A stretch of 64,000 nt of DNA from contig CM119371.1 in the NCBI GenBank assembly GCA_051294905.1, positions 29,142,001 through 29,206,000 of the forward strand. The letters are read 5' to 3'. The notes under the pieces are model-generated. The model searched no databases. It saw only the letters and a list, made by a program, of their open reading frames with translations, and was not told the origin of the DNA. Origin of the DNA: Botryllus schlosseri (Eukaryota). Positions 1 through 11,622 of this stretch are shown here, in pieces; the stretch's first letter is position 1, and each line of letters starts with the position of its first letter. Position numbers and translations under genes: made by a program.

Positions 1-1069
1 GAACATATTCTGAGAATATTGAATAGTCCCCATCCATATGGCATGTGGTGCATTTGCTTAATAGGTATTATTCTTGCCATATTTCATATTTTGACAACCT
101 CCTCAACGGTTTGAAGAGGACAATCCTGTGTTTCGGTAGTTTTAGGACATCTCTTGCAGATACAACAAATACTGTAGTACCTGGCGTGAGTAGGTAACTT
201 TGAGTGAATAATACGCTCAGATGAAAATCCGAACAAATGATGAGCAGACTTCGATCTTGTTATTGGTGGGTCCAGCACAACCTTTTCCAACGTTTCAGAC
301 ATTCTTCTTCAACCAAATTCTAGTCTACAATCAAATTGGATAACACGGTATCTTAAAGATACATATCTGACATTTATAGGACTGCATTTCAGTACACCTA
401 TGATAACATTTCCCATCCCTACCCTATACAGCCGTTTTTAACTGATAACTTTGAACCAGTTACAGGGTCAACACTACAAAAAGAGATATGACATGTCTGT
501 AGTAAGGAGAATTTACCCGTGGGGCTTTGCTGGCAAGAAAGATCGCGATGGAAATGACCAAAATCGCTTGTAAAAGTGTTTTGATGTACTAACCTATCAT
601 TTGTAACTACGCAGAACAAGTTGCCAAAAATATGTCTAAATCTGAACAACCCTAATATAGTCAAAAGATGTATTAGCTTCGCAATGGCAGACACCGAAAT
701 GTTTATTTCTATAAATTAGGCAGAATTTTTCCGTAAGGGGAGGGGTGTGCAATTGTTCATATTAAAATTGAGATGTCTAGCGAGATGAAATCACAAAGCG
801 CGAAGGAAATTTTCAAGTTGATGAAGTTCTCACAATTACTCTTATTATTTTTAAATTACTCAATTATTATTTTTAGTTTTATTTTTATTTACGAATATGA
901 GCCCCCTTCGAGCGACCCCCACCCAATTGGGGGTTTGGTGTGCGGCAGTTACGGTTTTGTCTAGAATGCAAATCATTAGGTGCGAGAAATCGCCAGCTAT
1001 AAAGTTGGGCAATGGTATATTGTGACGTAAGAATCAAATGAAGTAACATTGTTCTCCCATGAAGCATTT

Positions 1070-2760
1070 TCATCGCAATCGGTAGGTATATTGCCTCCCA
1101 ACATGTCTTCAAAGAGACGTTCTTAAGAAGCAAAACAAATGTAATCGTAGAGCTTCTGGGAGGTGCAGAACTTCAATATACAATTGAATAGTATATTCAT
1201 ACTGAAATGAACCCGAATACTTTCGGCCGACACTCGTCAGCAACTAGTAGGAAATTGGAAATAACATTGTACTAGTTGCTGACGATTACCCCTGGCGAGT
1301 GTCAGTCGAAAATATTCAAGTTCATTTCAATATGAATATACTATTCTGAAGAAATCATAATCGCAATCGATTACATTCATGAATTACCCCATGTCTGGTG
1401 GTAATTAGGAAGAAGGTGAGAATTTTAAAAACTGCATTGTCATGCCTGCTCTTCCCTGAGTTCAATCAACGCAATGTGCAAAACTGAATTCAACCTTTAT
1501 GGCAGGCTTATATGTGTAGGGTAAAGTGAATTCGCGGGGATATTGATTTCGGGCACAGGGATATTGATTTCAGGCATGACAGCAATTTTGATTTGTCAGA
1601 TCTGTACAAACTCCACGGCAAGCCCGTTTTCGATCAATGTTCGTTCGCTACAGAATAGAATTGCGTTTGCGACACGTAAATGGCACAAAAGTGTGCCGCG
1701 GCAAACCGGTTGAGAACCACTGTAGGGCCTACTAAACCATTATTTGGAATTATGGGAACGAAATTTCCTGACATTCATTCAAATGAAGTGGGAACTATGA
1801 AAACCTTGTGAAGTGAGCTACTTTGAGAAAGAAGTATGTATGTTATTGGGAAGGTGATCCTCAGACAAAAGCTTGGGTAATTGCTATTTCGTTAATTGAA
1901 GTGAATCGCGTTTACCACACATCCTTTGCTTCGACGCGCGCGCCGAGAGATAATTACATGCGCGCTGGTTCGGGTTGGTCGTCCGTAGGTTCGATCATTC
2001 ATTGCTTGCTGTGTTCAGGGCAGGACCTGTTTGCGAGACAGTTAGATTCTTTCGGCAATGGTTGACGCTGTGTCGCGTAGCGCTTGCGTCTTCCAATTTC
2101 ATCTTGTTCCGCGGTTGTCGTCTCTGTGTTCGCTATCTCTTTGTTATCTCGATCCGACCTGCCAACTAACATTATTACATCTGGCGTTGATCCCGTTACG
2201 AGTTGTAACAACCTGCAACCTGTTTTGTTCAGCTAGCATCCTAAACGTCGGGCCAACGACACCAAGCAGAAGAACCACCAACTCAAAATATGACAATCGG
2301 AAAGTGATCGGATCAGTCATAGTATATGATCTTACCCACCAGACGAGTATTGTCGCGAGTTCACCAGTATCATCTAGGTTCGAGACGACGGCGTTCCTCT
2401 TATCTTTGTTCTCTAGAGCGTGACTTCACGCATGGTATTTCGCCATGGTACCTATAAATTGGTGACGTCGCTGGTCAGCGTGAAGTCCTTTGAGCCCCAT
2501 TCCGTGTTTCAATTTTCACGTAGTTGTTACCAATGCATCGCTTGCATTGGTGTGGTTTGCAGGCAGAACGTAACAGCACCGTATGATAAATGTTTAGACG
2601 AACGGGGCACATCGGTGGTTATTTGCTTACAGGTCGGGTTAATGCCCTATGCGGCACTCCCCTTGGTGAGTGTGTTGGCAAGGCTGGCTCGATATGTTTA
2701 CTTCGGTACGTAACGCCGACAACGCCGAACATTGACTGCTAGACGCCGAGGTGTCAGCCA
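1070..2760. repeat. Diverged duplicated segment, copy A (copy B at 28918-30420)
   Basis: Colinear shared blocks, e.g. aagaagcaaaacaaatgtaa, gcaatgtgcaaaactgaattcaacc, ttctttcggcaatggtt, aagtgatcggatcagtcatag. Both copies carry the same MITE end (ttgagaaccact). Confidence 0.85.
1186..1346. mobile_element. Short fold-back/MITE hairpin
   Basis: gaatagtatattcatactgaaatgaac...gttcatttcaatatgaatatactattc inverted repeat with an inner tcagcaactagta/tactagttgctga stem. Absent from copy B of the duplication. Confidence 0.7.
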
Positions 2761-3894
2761 GATGAGGCTTCGAATTACAGCAGCCAAATGAGGCTTCGAA
2801 TTGCAGCACGTTCGATTAACACACAACAATGTCGTTGTTGTAATGGCTGTCATGCGGTTCGTGTGTTGTAATCGCTTCCTACGGTTCGTGTGAATCACCA
2901 TCTTATAAAACACATCGTCCTCGCTTTGTCTTTGAAGACATCGTCATCATAATCGCAAGGGTGGCGTTCTCCATTGCATTTTCACTACCGGGCCTTCCCG
3001 CGACCCTACTTATTATTGTACAGTTACGCCCCCCCCCCCATCATGACATTGCCTTTCTTTTTGACATCTACAAAATCGGTTATACTACATTTGTATACTT
3101 ACCCCAACTTGGATTGGCATGATGTCTTCCGTAACATGTCCTGCTACACTCGACGCGTTTTCCAATCTGAGCGCAAGATGATCGGTTAACATTTGAATAA
3201 TGATACACTTTATAGCCAACGAACAGCTTACCTTACCTTGCATAAAATGAGTGATGGATCGGTTAACGCAGTGGTTCTTAACCTTGCCCCCAGCGCCCCC
3301 CAGGGGGCGCTGGCGATTTTGAAGGGGGCGGAAACGCTCAGGGGGCGCTGGGCTTAGGGGGGCGGTATGGGGGGCGCTGGAGAAAAATGGCTTCGCAGTA
3401 GATGATGTGGTGATAGGACATATCCTTATTCAGAGTATTCAGAGCAAATTAACACCGAAAATTTCGTTACATATAGCCTTCAAAATACATTTAGGTTTAA
3501 TTGTCCATGGGTGCCCAAATGACTGACACCGAATGTTCCTGTCATGGCAATCTGAACCCCAGAAGACGAATTCCATCTGGCAGGAAGAGTTATATGTCAG
3601 TGAAGCGCACACTCAACAACTCACTGCGCTTACCCTTGGACAACAGTGCGTAACGACTAAAAAAAGGTAATAACTCCGGATTTCTTGTGCGCAACGTAGA
3701 TTTTCTGTGCGCAGAGACCGTGTCAGCACTGCGCACGTGCGCATCTTAGAGGGAACATTGCACCTCACTCAGCTCTACCGGTAAATGTGTTTACGTGAGC
3801 AGAGAGAGGATAACAATTGATCTCAATTTACATGCAATTCCCGATGATATTGACCAATTCAATCATTAATTAGTGAATTTTTTTGCACTTCGCG

Positions 3895-5345
3895 CGACTA
3901 GGCGAGAATAGCTGCCTCCTTATTGATAAGGACGAGGTCGGGTTTACGGAGTCCACTCCTCGTTTTGATATGTGGCTCCCACCAAGCTTCGTCGCCGTGC
4001 TGTTCAGCTTTACGCAAGACATAGCGAGCGGCGATCGTGGCGTCTAATTCGCGCGGCATGCGTCCTGGAGCACACTTATGTATGAGTACGCGCCCCAGCG
4101 ACGCGATTCTTCCACAGCACTCGCAGCATTTATCGTCTTCGGGCGTCCCCTTGCTTTTTCCGGCCGGCATAGGCTGCAGAGATGAGCATGGATTAGGATT
4201 AGGTTTTGAAAAAACAGGATTTGTGAAATTTTGTCGGATTTGGATTGGATTTGGATTAGAGATTTTTTTCAGAACGGATTAGGATTTGGATTGGATTTAC
4301 CTATTTCTGGGAGATTGAAATGTCGTTTGGCGAATGGCGACAAACTTTATTCAGATCAGTTATTAATGTACTTATGGTTACTAGGTTATCTTGAATCAAG
4401 TGAATCGTTGGTTGTGAAAGAAAATTTTCGAATCCCTTCATTGCATAAATTAGTATTTTTTCTGAATTTCCACTTGGAATCGGATTAGGATTGGACATGG
4501 ACTTGAATATGAAAAAGTTATGGATTAGGATTTGGATTTGGATTTGAAGGTTCGGATTTGGATTGGATTAGGACATAGAAATTTCAAATCCGCTCATCTC
4601 TGATAGGCTGGGATTGCCACGAATTTCGACGGCCCCGATATAATTTCGCCCGGTAAGGGGGGTGCTCTTTCTATCTACTCTTGAGCTTTCCGCAGTTCAT
4701 TGAGGGGCTTTGAGGCCGCTACCATCCACGTGGCCATCAGACGCTCTCGCATCCGGGCCGCCAGTGTCTCGTTGGTGTCCTTGGCAGAACACAACGGTTT
4801 CCGTGCGCTACGATAGGCGAAAGCGCCTTTCACCGCTTCGTCCTTTACGCCTTGGATGCCAATCTCCGGGCTTTCAGCACCGGTGTTTGTTGACTGAGTG
4901 ACACAACACCCAGCCCGCCGTCGCCCTGATTCGAATGGACAAACGCGATGGTTGTATCCTTCGGCAGCCTAAGCGATCCATGCGACTCAGATATTCTTCG
5001 GTCGCATTCGCAAGCACCAGCTAATGGAGCATAGCTGGTAGTACGTGTTTGTTCAATACGCACATACGCTGAAGCGGTTTCAAGGGAGCTCTTATGAGTT
5101 CGGATAGCTTCTTTCTCAAACGGTCCGTTACTTGGGCTCTGGTGTTTCGAGCATTGATTGCTACCCCGAGGTATTCGAACGAATCCCCAGCGCTCTCACG
5201 GACGCGCCGGCAACCCTCACGATGAAAGAAGGGTTGACCGCAGAGGTTTTATTCTTGTCGTCAGTCTGGATGAACAGACTCGCGCACTTCAGCGGGTTGA
5301 TCTTAAGCCCGCATTCCGTCAGTTGCGATTCAAGTTCCGCCAGTT
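3895..5345 (-). mobile_element. Degenerate R2-like (restriction-like endonuclease) non-LTR retrotransposon fragment
   Basis: LRLPKDTTIAFVHSNQGDGGLGV (RT thumb), a C..C...H.C knuckle and WEPHIKTRSGLRKPDLVL (RLE PD motif). Frameshifted and split by a MITE. Confidence 0.8.
4177..4602. mobile_element. hAT-type MITE
   Basis: TIR cagagatgagc/gctcatctctg, perfect 8-bp TSD ataggctg (4169-4176, 4603-4610), GGATTT subterminal repeats. Confidence 0.92.
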
Positions 5346-6105
5346 GCGTTCAAGTTCAGCATGCGAAACTATAGCATGGGACAATTGGACACAGCATGCG
5401 AAACTATAGCATGGGACAATTGGACATGCGAACCATGTGCATGCGTGATATTTTTCGGGTTGGGCTTGGAGTTAGCATTGCGATTAGTATGTAGGCTATA
5501 TAAGGGTTTATTTCAGGGCTATAGTTTTCGTTAGGATAAGTTCTTATTATTAAAGTCACATGCCGACGTGACGCATACTGAAGTGTCACATGCTTACTTG
5601 TCGTCTTCCATTGTGTCGCATGCTCATGCAGATATGTGAGCAACCAGTTGTCAGTTACGGCACTGGTTTTCATAGTGCGGTGTTCATTGACTGTTGGTAT
5701 TTTATAAAAACCTTTTACTGCAACTTCTGTCTAAATTAAGTGCAAATAAAAAAACTTGGCCTATCGGCTTAAAGCGATCAGTAACGAAGTGGTTTTACCG
5801 TAACAGGTTTACTGTGCTTGTTTCACAAAGTAGTTTTGTTTGCATACTTACTTCAAGTTTTTTACATGCGGTGGACGGATGAAAAAACGCGGGGTTTTAA
5901 ATAGGTAGCATTAATTTATTGAGGTTAATAATGGGCGCGAATCAGTAACTGCCCATAATACATGGATAGGACAAGCTTCATCGTGTTGACGTACTGGCTC
6001 GTATCAGTACGTGTAAGCTTGTCAGCGAGTCCAGCGGTTAATTTGCGATTCCCTGCTCCAGCTCCAACATAACAATTCAACATAAGCGCGAACAATTACG
6101 ATATA

Positions 6106-6383
6106 CCGTAATTTTCCGAATATAGTGCGCCCGCATGTATAATACGCACTCTTAAACTTTCGTTAATTGGAAACTCGCTCTATAATACGAATTACGGGGC
6201 ACGACGGCTAGAAGTGATGCGCGATTGGAAACAAACACGGAGAAAGGTGTGATTTCAAGTTTGTGATCGAGGGAGATTTTTTTCAAGGCTTGCTGTACCC
6301 ATGTATAATACGCACCCCCCCCCCCACATATTTTAGGTCAAGAAATCGGTAAAATTTTGCGCATTATATATGAAAAATTACGG
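6106..6383. mobile_element. Tc1/mariner-pogo-type MITE
   Basis: TA|ccgtaattttc...gaaaaattacgg|TA termini with a TA target duplication. Confidence 0.8.
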
Positions 6384-6851
6384 TAAGTCTGCTGTGGAAT
6401 CTGTTCTGTAATGGCACATACTTCAGGTGATTCGGGGTTATCTTTTGTTAACTCGGCATTAACACACATCTTCTGATGTTCAGAATAAACACTAATCAAT
6501 AACGACCAAGCTGCGTATTCAATTATTCGCACGTATCCATTAATGGTGAATAGTAGGCATTAAAATAATATCACAAACTCGCTGATTGATAGCACTGATG
6601 ATCTTGTCACGCTGATGTCGTATCGAACTGGCCAGACAAATGCAGAACTTCGAAATCGCATTTTGTATGGTGTACACCGGCAAACGTGACAAAATACTTA
6701 CTACTCTCCAGCTCTTCGGTCAGTGATGCATTCACGATACTGGTGCCACAATTTGAATTACCAAGACCAGCACGAGGCGAATCTGCGGCTTTCAAAGAAT
6801 CTCCAAGACGCCAATACCAAGTAACCAAGCACCTAGAGCCATGGGACTCAT

Positions 6852-8879
6852 TTACCTGAACTTTTCTTCTTCGTCATACCCGTCAGATTGTCCCCCAGAA
6901 TTATTCTCGCCCGAATCGATCGATCGCAATTCAATGTTCTGATCGGAGTAGTTGCCACGAGTATCGGTAGAAGCTGTAGCACCGCGTCGAGTCGAAACGT
7001 ATTCGCGTAACGTGTTCCGTGCGTCTGTAATAAACTCCACAGCGGCAATACGTTTGTCATGAAAGGACGTACGCATCACTTTACGTTTAGAACAAAATAA
7101 TTTACACGTTAAATACAATCCCCAAATCATAGCGTTCAATAGACAGAAAATCAAGAGATATTGGACAATTGGATTTGTTACGCAAGCTAACAAGTACAAG
7201 ACACTGCCCCTAAAAGCTTCGTAAACTATTTTAACTGGGATCGATGGATCGGCATCGACATGATCGCCGAATTCACTACGGTTAGCTAAATGGGAGGCTG
7301 ATAATTCACGCAATTTATGAATTAGCAACATGCTATGTGAGCTAACACGCTATCATAATCTGTACCAAGCGAAGGGTCTATTTTACTGAATATATCTAAA
7401 AACGTTTCAGTAAGATTCTCCGGATGTGTCGATTCTACAACCGTATCTAAACCGTCATGTAATGAGAATTGAATCTGTTTTACCGACGCGTTTTGCGAAA
7501 CTAGGTACCCATTTACATATTTGAAAAACGATTTTCCGACTTTAAAAAGCATCGTTTTATTTGGCGAACCGAGATCGAAGGTAAGCGAACCCAAGTAAGC
7601 TGTTCCGTTATCTACTAGGGTAGCTATTCGCGATAAGTTTTGCCCGAAACGCACGATTGGTTTTGCCGATAATCTTCCATCTAGCAAGAACAAACTTTCC
7701 TGCACTACAACAGTCTGTCTAAAACATTGTTCAGCCTGAATGACGTCGCCCGCTTGACGAAACCGTGGCCGACCTTTAGTTGGCGTCAAGTATAAATCAG
7801 CATTCGTATTGAGTAGAAGTAGTGATTTTTGAATAGCGTACATTTGTTGTTCAGCGTTACACTCAAATGCGTTCAAATTGGACACAAGACTACGGTACTG
7901 AGAATCAGATTGGTCCTTTACCTCTTGTATCGTTGCAAGTAGGTATCGTTGCAAGTAGAAGACGCATGCTCGAACTGGTACGGTTGAATTTTGCTGCAGG
8001 CTGTTCAACCTTCAATCGTCGCATATCTCCCACTTTACAACGCTTCGGCACGACATAAAATTCGTTGATCAGACAAATAATAGGTCTCTCTCGGATACAC
8101 CTCGTGGTCTCCGATTGACACGATCTTCTCGATCTGAAACTTAATCCCAGTGCTGGCATCTCAATTCTTATAGCATATGGATAACGCTGTCCGTAATGGA
8201 TTACAACTTGGCTATTTTTTCGTATCAACACGGTAGGGCAACGGTATCTAGATAATGCACCTGCGTCCCATACGACCGTGGCTAATTCGTTTCGGCAATG
8301 TCCTTGAGTGGGGACACATTTTGACATATCACTCGCGTCGGATCGCAAAGCTAAGGTAAGGGTGTCAAAGACGATATCTAAATCATGCACAATCAAATTT
8401 CGCAGATACCCTTCGCTTGAAGTTGGCCACCACCAATCCAGATGTAGAGAATTGTTGGTAGCGTACAAGCCTTCCCCCATCGATTCCAGATTTCCATATT
8501 GTGACAATTTAGTAACAATAGCGTGCTGACATTCCGCCAGTGGAATCTGGTATTGTACTTCATCAGATACTTCTTGGCTGTAAGTACCAAAGAAAAAGTA
8601 ATGAGATTTCCATTGGCGCTCAGTGACATAACACATTTTTCCCGCGAAATGATGGAAACGATCCCGTAATGCATAAATGTCTGCTGAGCACTTTTCCGAA
8701 CGAAGCACAGGGTTATGGACACATTCGTCAGGCGGAGTAATTTCAATAAATTCAGATACAGCATTCTTTGTACAAACTTCAATATCCACAGAAATGTCCG
8801 TGCTATTTCCCGTGGTCCGTCGAATCAACGTCACAGTTGACAGCACAATCGCGACATACAGAATGGACGGATACTCCAT
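6852..8879 (-). pseudogene. env: Envelope glycoprotein, class III viral fusion protein-like; two frameshifts, about 670 aa reconstructed
   Basis: N-terminal hydrophobic signal. GKMCYVTERQWKSHYFFFG...ECQHAI and LDWWWP resemble rhabdovirus-G bipartite fusion loops. AFECN...AGDVIQAEQC resembles the gB/chuvirus core. C-terminal TM helix followed by a basic tail (CSKRK). Frameshifts from a 16-bp duplication (7927-7958) and near 7330. Confidence 0.8.
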
Positions 8880-9078
8880 AATCGTTCAGCCTCGCCGGTT
8901 TTCGAACAACACGTCCTAATCTCGTTTTAACAGGACTAACGTTATTGTTTCTGGAAGTAGAATTTGACAGATTAATATTCGGTACCTCCTGCCTGGAAGG
9001 CGTGCTTGCTGGTCTGCCATTGTCTGGATTTCCTAAAGCGCTTGTTGCTGCTGTACTCATTGGCGGCTCAATCTGTGA
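8803..9078 (-). pseudogene. Pol C-terminal tail of the LTR element
   Basis: TRLGRVVRKPARLNDY, the typical terminal motif of Gypsy/BEL Pol proteins, overlapping the env start. Confidence 0.65.
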
Positions 9079-10866
9079 TTTGAAGAGTGCTCCAAAGATC
9101 CCAAGAACACATGGAGAACCATTGGAGAAATTATCAACCTAACTAAAGGTAATGCTCCCAAGAGTGCTGATGACATCGAGCTACTCGAGAATGGCAGCAT
9201 CATCAAAGACCAGCTTGCAGTAGCAGAAAAGTTCAATCAGTATTTTTGCAACATTGGTCCGGATCTTGCAGCTTCAATACCAGACTCCTCCGATGACTTT
9301 CTCTCGTACTTGAGTCCTGGCCCTCAGAAATCCATTTTTCTTGAGCCGACAAGTAAAGGAGAAGTTGCGATCGTATTATCTGAAATGAAAAGTAACAAAG
9401 CAGTAGGACCCGATCTCATCCCAACTCACTTTCTGAAGCTAGTCTTTAATATTATTGGTGATGTTATATGCATTTTCTTTAATGAGTCGATACGTCTAGG
9501 CATTTTCCCAGATGCACTGAAAACTGCCAGAGTAATGCCAGTGTTTAAGAAAGGCTGTAAAAAGCTAATTTCTAACTACCGACCAATATCTGTTTTGCCA
9601 AATCTTGCCACGGTTTTTGAGAAACTGATTGACTGCCGACTAAAGAACTTTTTTGAATTGAATGCAGTACTGTCTCCGACTCAGCATGGATTCAGATCCA
9701 ACCACAACACCAACCATGCAATACTATCAATTGTCACGGACTATTACAAAACCATCAAGCAAAAAGAAAGTGGCTGCAGCATCTTTATCGATCTCCGCAA
9801 AGCTTTCGACACAGTTAACCACAGAATCTTAAGATACAAGCTAGAACACTATGGAATCAGGGGTATTGCAGCAACTCTACTTGAAAGCTACCTGGCAAAC
9901 CGCAAACAATTTGTTAAACTGGGGTCATTAAGAACGACTACCAGAGATATAACTTGTGGAGTGCCACAAGGCTCAGTCCTTGGACCGACTTTTTTCCTCA
10001 TTTATATTAACGACATTGTTAATGCATCATTATTCCGCACAACGCTATTTGCTGATGATACTCACCTCTTCATAACCTCCAACACTGTCGATGGTTTGCA
10101 TGCATCTGTGAATATAGAACTCCCAAAAGTGTCGAGATGGCTCCAAGCAAACAAACTAAGTTTGAATGCAGATAAGACCGAGATGCTCGTTTTAAATAAT
10201 GCCAGTCATAATTTCACTGTGAACATCAATCATAAACAAATCTCAATATGTGACTCAGCAAAATATCTCGGCGTCACCATTGATTCCAAATTGTCTTGGA
10301 AGCAGCATATTGAATGCACAATACCAAAACTAGCTCGGTGTGTGGGAATAATGACCCGTCTCCAATCTTTGGTTTCCAGATCAGTGCTACGAACCATCTA
10401 CTTCTCTCTTTTTCACTCTCATCTACAATATGGAATCGTAGTATGGGGAAATGCATGCACAACATTTTTGTGCAGAATTCGAACCCTGCAAAACCGTGCG
10501 ATACGGCTGATCTCATCTGTACCTTTACGTACCAATTTATCGCCTTACTACCGTAAGCATCGAATTTTGCGAGTTGATGAACTATATCGCTTCGAAGTAT
10601 CAAAAGTTGTTCACAAATATTTTTCCAATAGTCTGCCTCCTGTGTTTGATGACTTTTTCATACCTGCTAAACATGTCCATTCCCATTACACGAGATCCTC
10701 GTCTAAAGGAAACATCTACTTACCCCCACCCAATAGCAACCTAACTAAGAGATCTATCGACTACTCGGGACCTATCATCTGGAATGCATTACCACCACAT
10801 ATCCGTGAATTGCCTTATAATAGATTCAAAAAAGCCCTACTTGATCACCTCTTGTCGTTACACTAA
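9079..10866 (+). CDS. LINE ORF2 reverse transcriptase (open, 5'-truncated, endonuclease missing)
   Basis: Frame open from FEECSKDPKNTW. Motifs NYRPISVL, QHGFR, IDLRKAFDTV, GVPQGSVLGP, LFADD, KYLGVTID. Confidence 0.93.
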   Translation, partial: FEECSKDPKNTWRTIGEIINLTKGNAPKSADDIELLENGSIIKDQLAVAEKFNQYFCNIGPDLAASIPDSSDDFLSYLSPGPQKSIFLEPTSKGEVAIVLSEMKSNKAVGPDLIPTHFLKLVFNIIGDVICIFFNESIRLGIFPDALKTARVMPVFKKGCKKLISNYRPISVLPNLATVFEKLIDCRLKNFFELNAVLSPTQHGFRSNHNTNHAILSIVTDYYKTIKQKESGCSIFIDLRKAFDTVNHRILRYKLEHYGIRGIAATLLESYLANRKQFVKLGSLRTTTRDITCGVPQGSVLGPTFFLIYINDIVNASLFRTTLFADDTHLFITSNTVDGLHASVNIELPKVSRWLQANKLSLNADKTEMLVLNNASHNFTVNINHKQISICDSAKYLGVTIDSKLSWKQHIECTIPKLARCVGIMTRLQSLVSRSVLRTIYFSLFHSHLQYGIVVWGNACTTFLCRIRTLQNRAIRLISSVPLRTNLSPYYRKHRILRVDELYRFEVSKVVHKYFSNSLPPVFDDFFIPAKHVHSHYTRSSSKGNIYLPPPNSNLTKRSIDYSGPIIWNALPPHIRELPYNRFKKALLDHLLSLH

Positions 10867-11152
10867 CACTGTTGCCCTACCTCGCCCAGACATTGCTTCA
10901 TTGATCATTTGCCACCATTGTTTAATTTTTTTTCTATTTTCCTTTAACTAAACATTTCTTTACAGCCAGACTGTTCAGAGTCAAGTGTACCTGTTTGATG
11001 CTGGTGTGATCAGACTAGATGACCTTCACGGTCTTATCGATCATTCCTATCTAATACCGAATACTGTGCACGCATATTTTCTGTACCACCATCACTGCCG
11101 TTTGTTATGTATTTTGGTTCGATGAAAATAAAGACTCTCTCTCTCTCTCTGA
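9079..11152 (+). mobile_element. 5'-truncated CR1/L2-group LINE inserted antisense in the LTR element
   Basis: RT ORF, 3' UTR ending aataaaga(ct)n, candidate TSD tgtga (9074-9078, 11153-11157). Confidence 0.92.
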
Positions 11153-11622
11153 TGTGAATGAATTTTCGCTGTAAGATCATTATGATCGATGTGCCGGTCC
11201 ATTTCCAGCGTGTTTTCTAAGACCACGTGGTTCTTTCTGTCGTGGGAACGGGAAATTACAGGCATGTTCGCTGCTGGTAGCGAAAGAACTGAAAGACCGC
11301 GCCCGGCGTAGAATGTAACCTTCACGTTGGCCAAAGACACAAGTATTATAAGCAAAGATAATACCAAGACAAAAGCTGCCCCAACGAAGTTACGGGGAAC
11401 CTTAGCTTTGTCAAACGGGAATGAATAATCAAACCCAGATCCAAAATTCACTGACAGCATGTCCACTTTCATAAAGAAACGTTCGCTATTAGAATCAACC
11501 AGCGAACACACAATTTGCAGACATGTCGGAACGAAACCAAAGATATGAACCTTTGAACGAAGTCGGGTATGTGAGCTCAAATTTAATAAATGCAGGAATC
11601 TGTTCAAGCCCGTCCACCCCAA
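11153..11622 (-). pseudogene. Degenerate retroviral-type aspartic protease region
   Basis: Directly follows gag. SFPFDKAKVPRNFVGAAF resembles the ..ILGADFL protease motif. No D[ST]G catalytic motif seen. Confidence 0.5.

Noticed and set aside
1..720. Coding-like fragments at the window start
   Set aside because: Short and interrupted, with no motif I can assign.
5650..6850. 3' LTR or an extra ORF (LGDSL, GDSL-like) downstream of env
   Set aside because: No similarity to the 13179-13469 LTR candidate; the ORF pieces are short and lack the other SGNH blocks.
9310..10866. The RT as pol of the env element, or as a retron/group II intron
   Set aside because: It is on the opposite strand, has non-LTR CR1/L2-type motifs, and has its own 3' tail and TSD.
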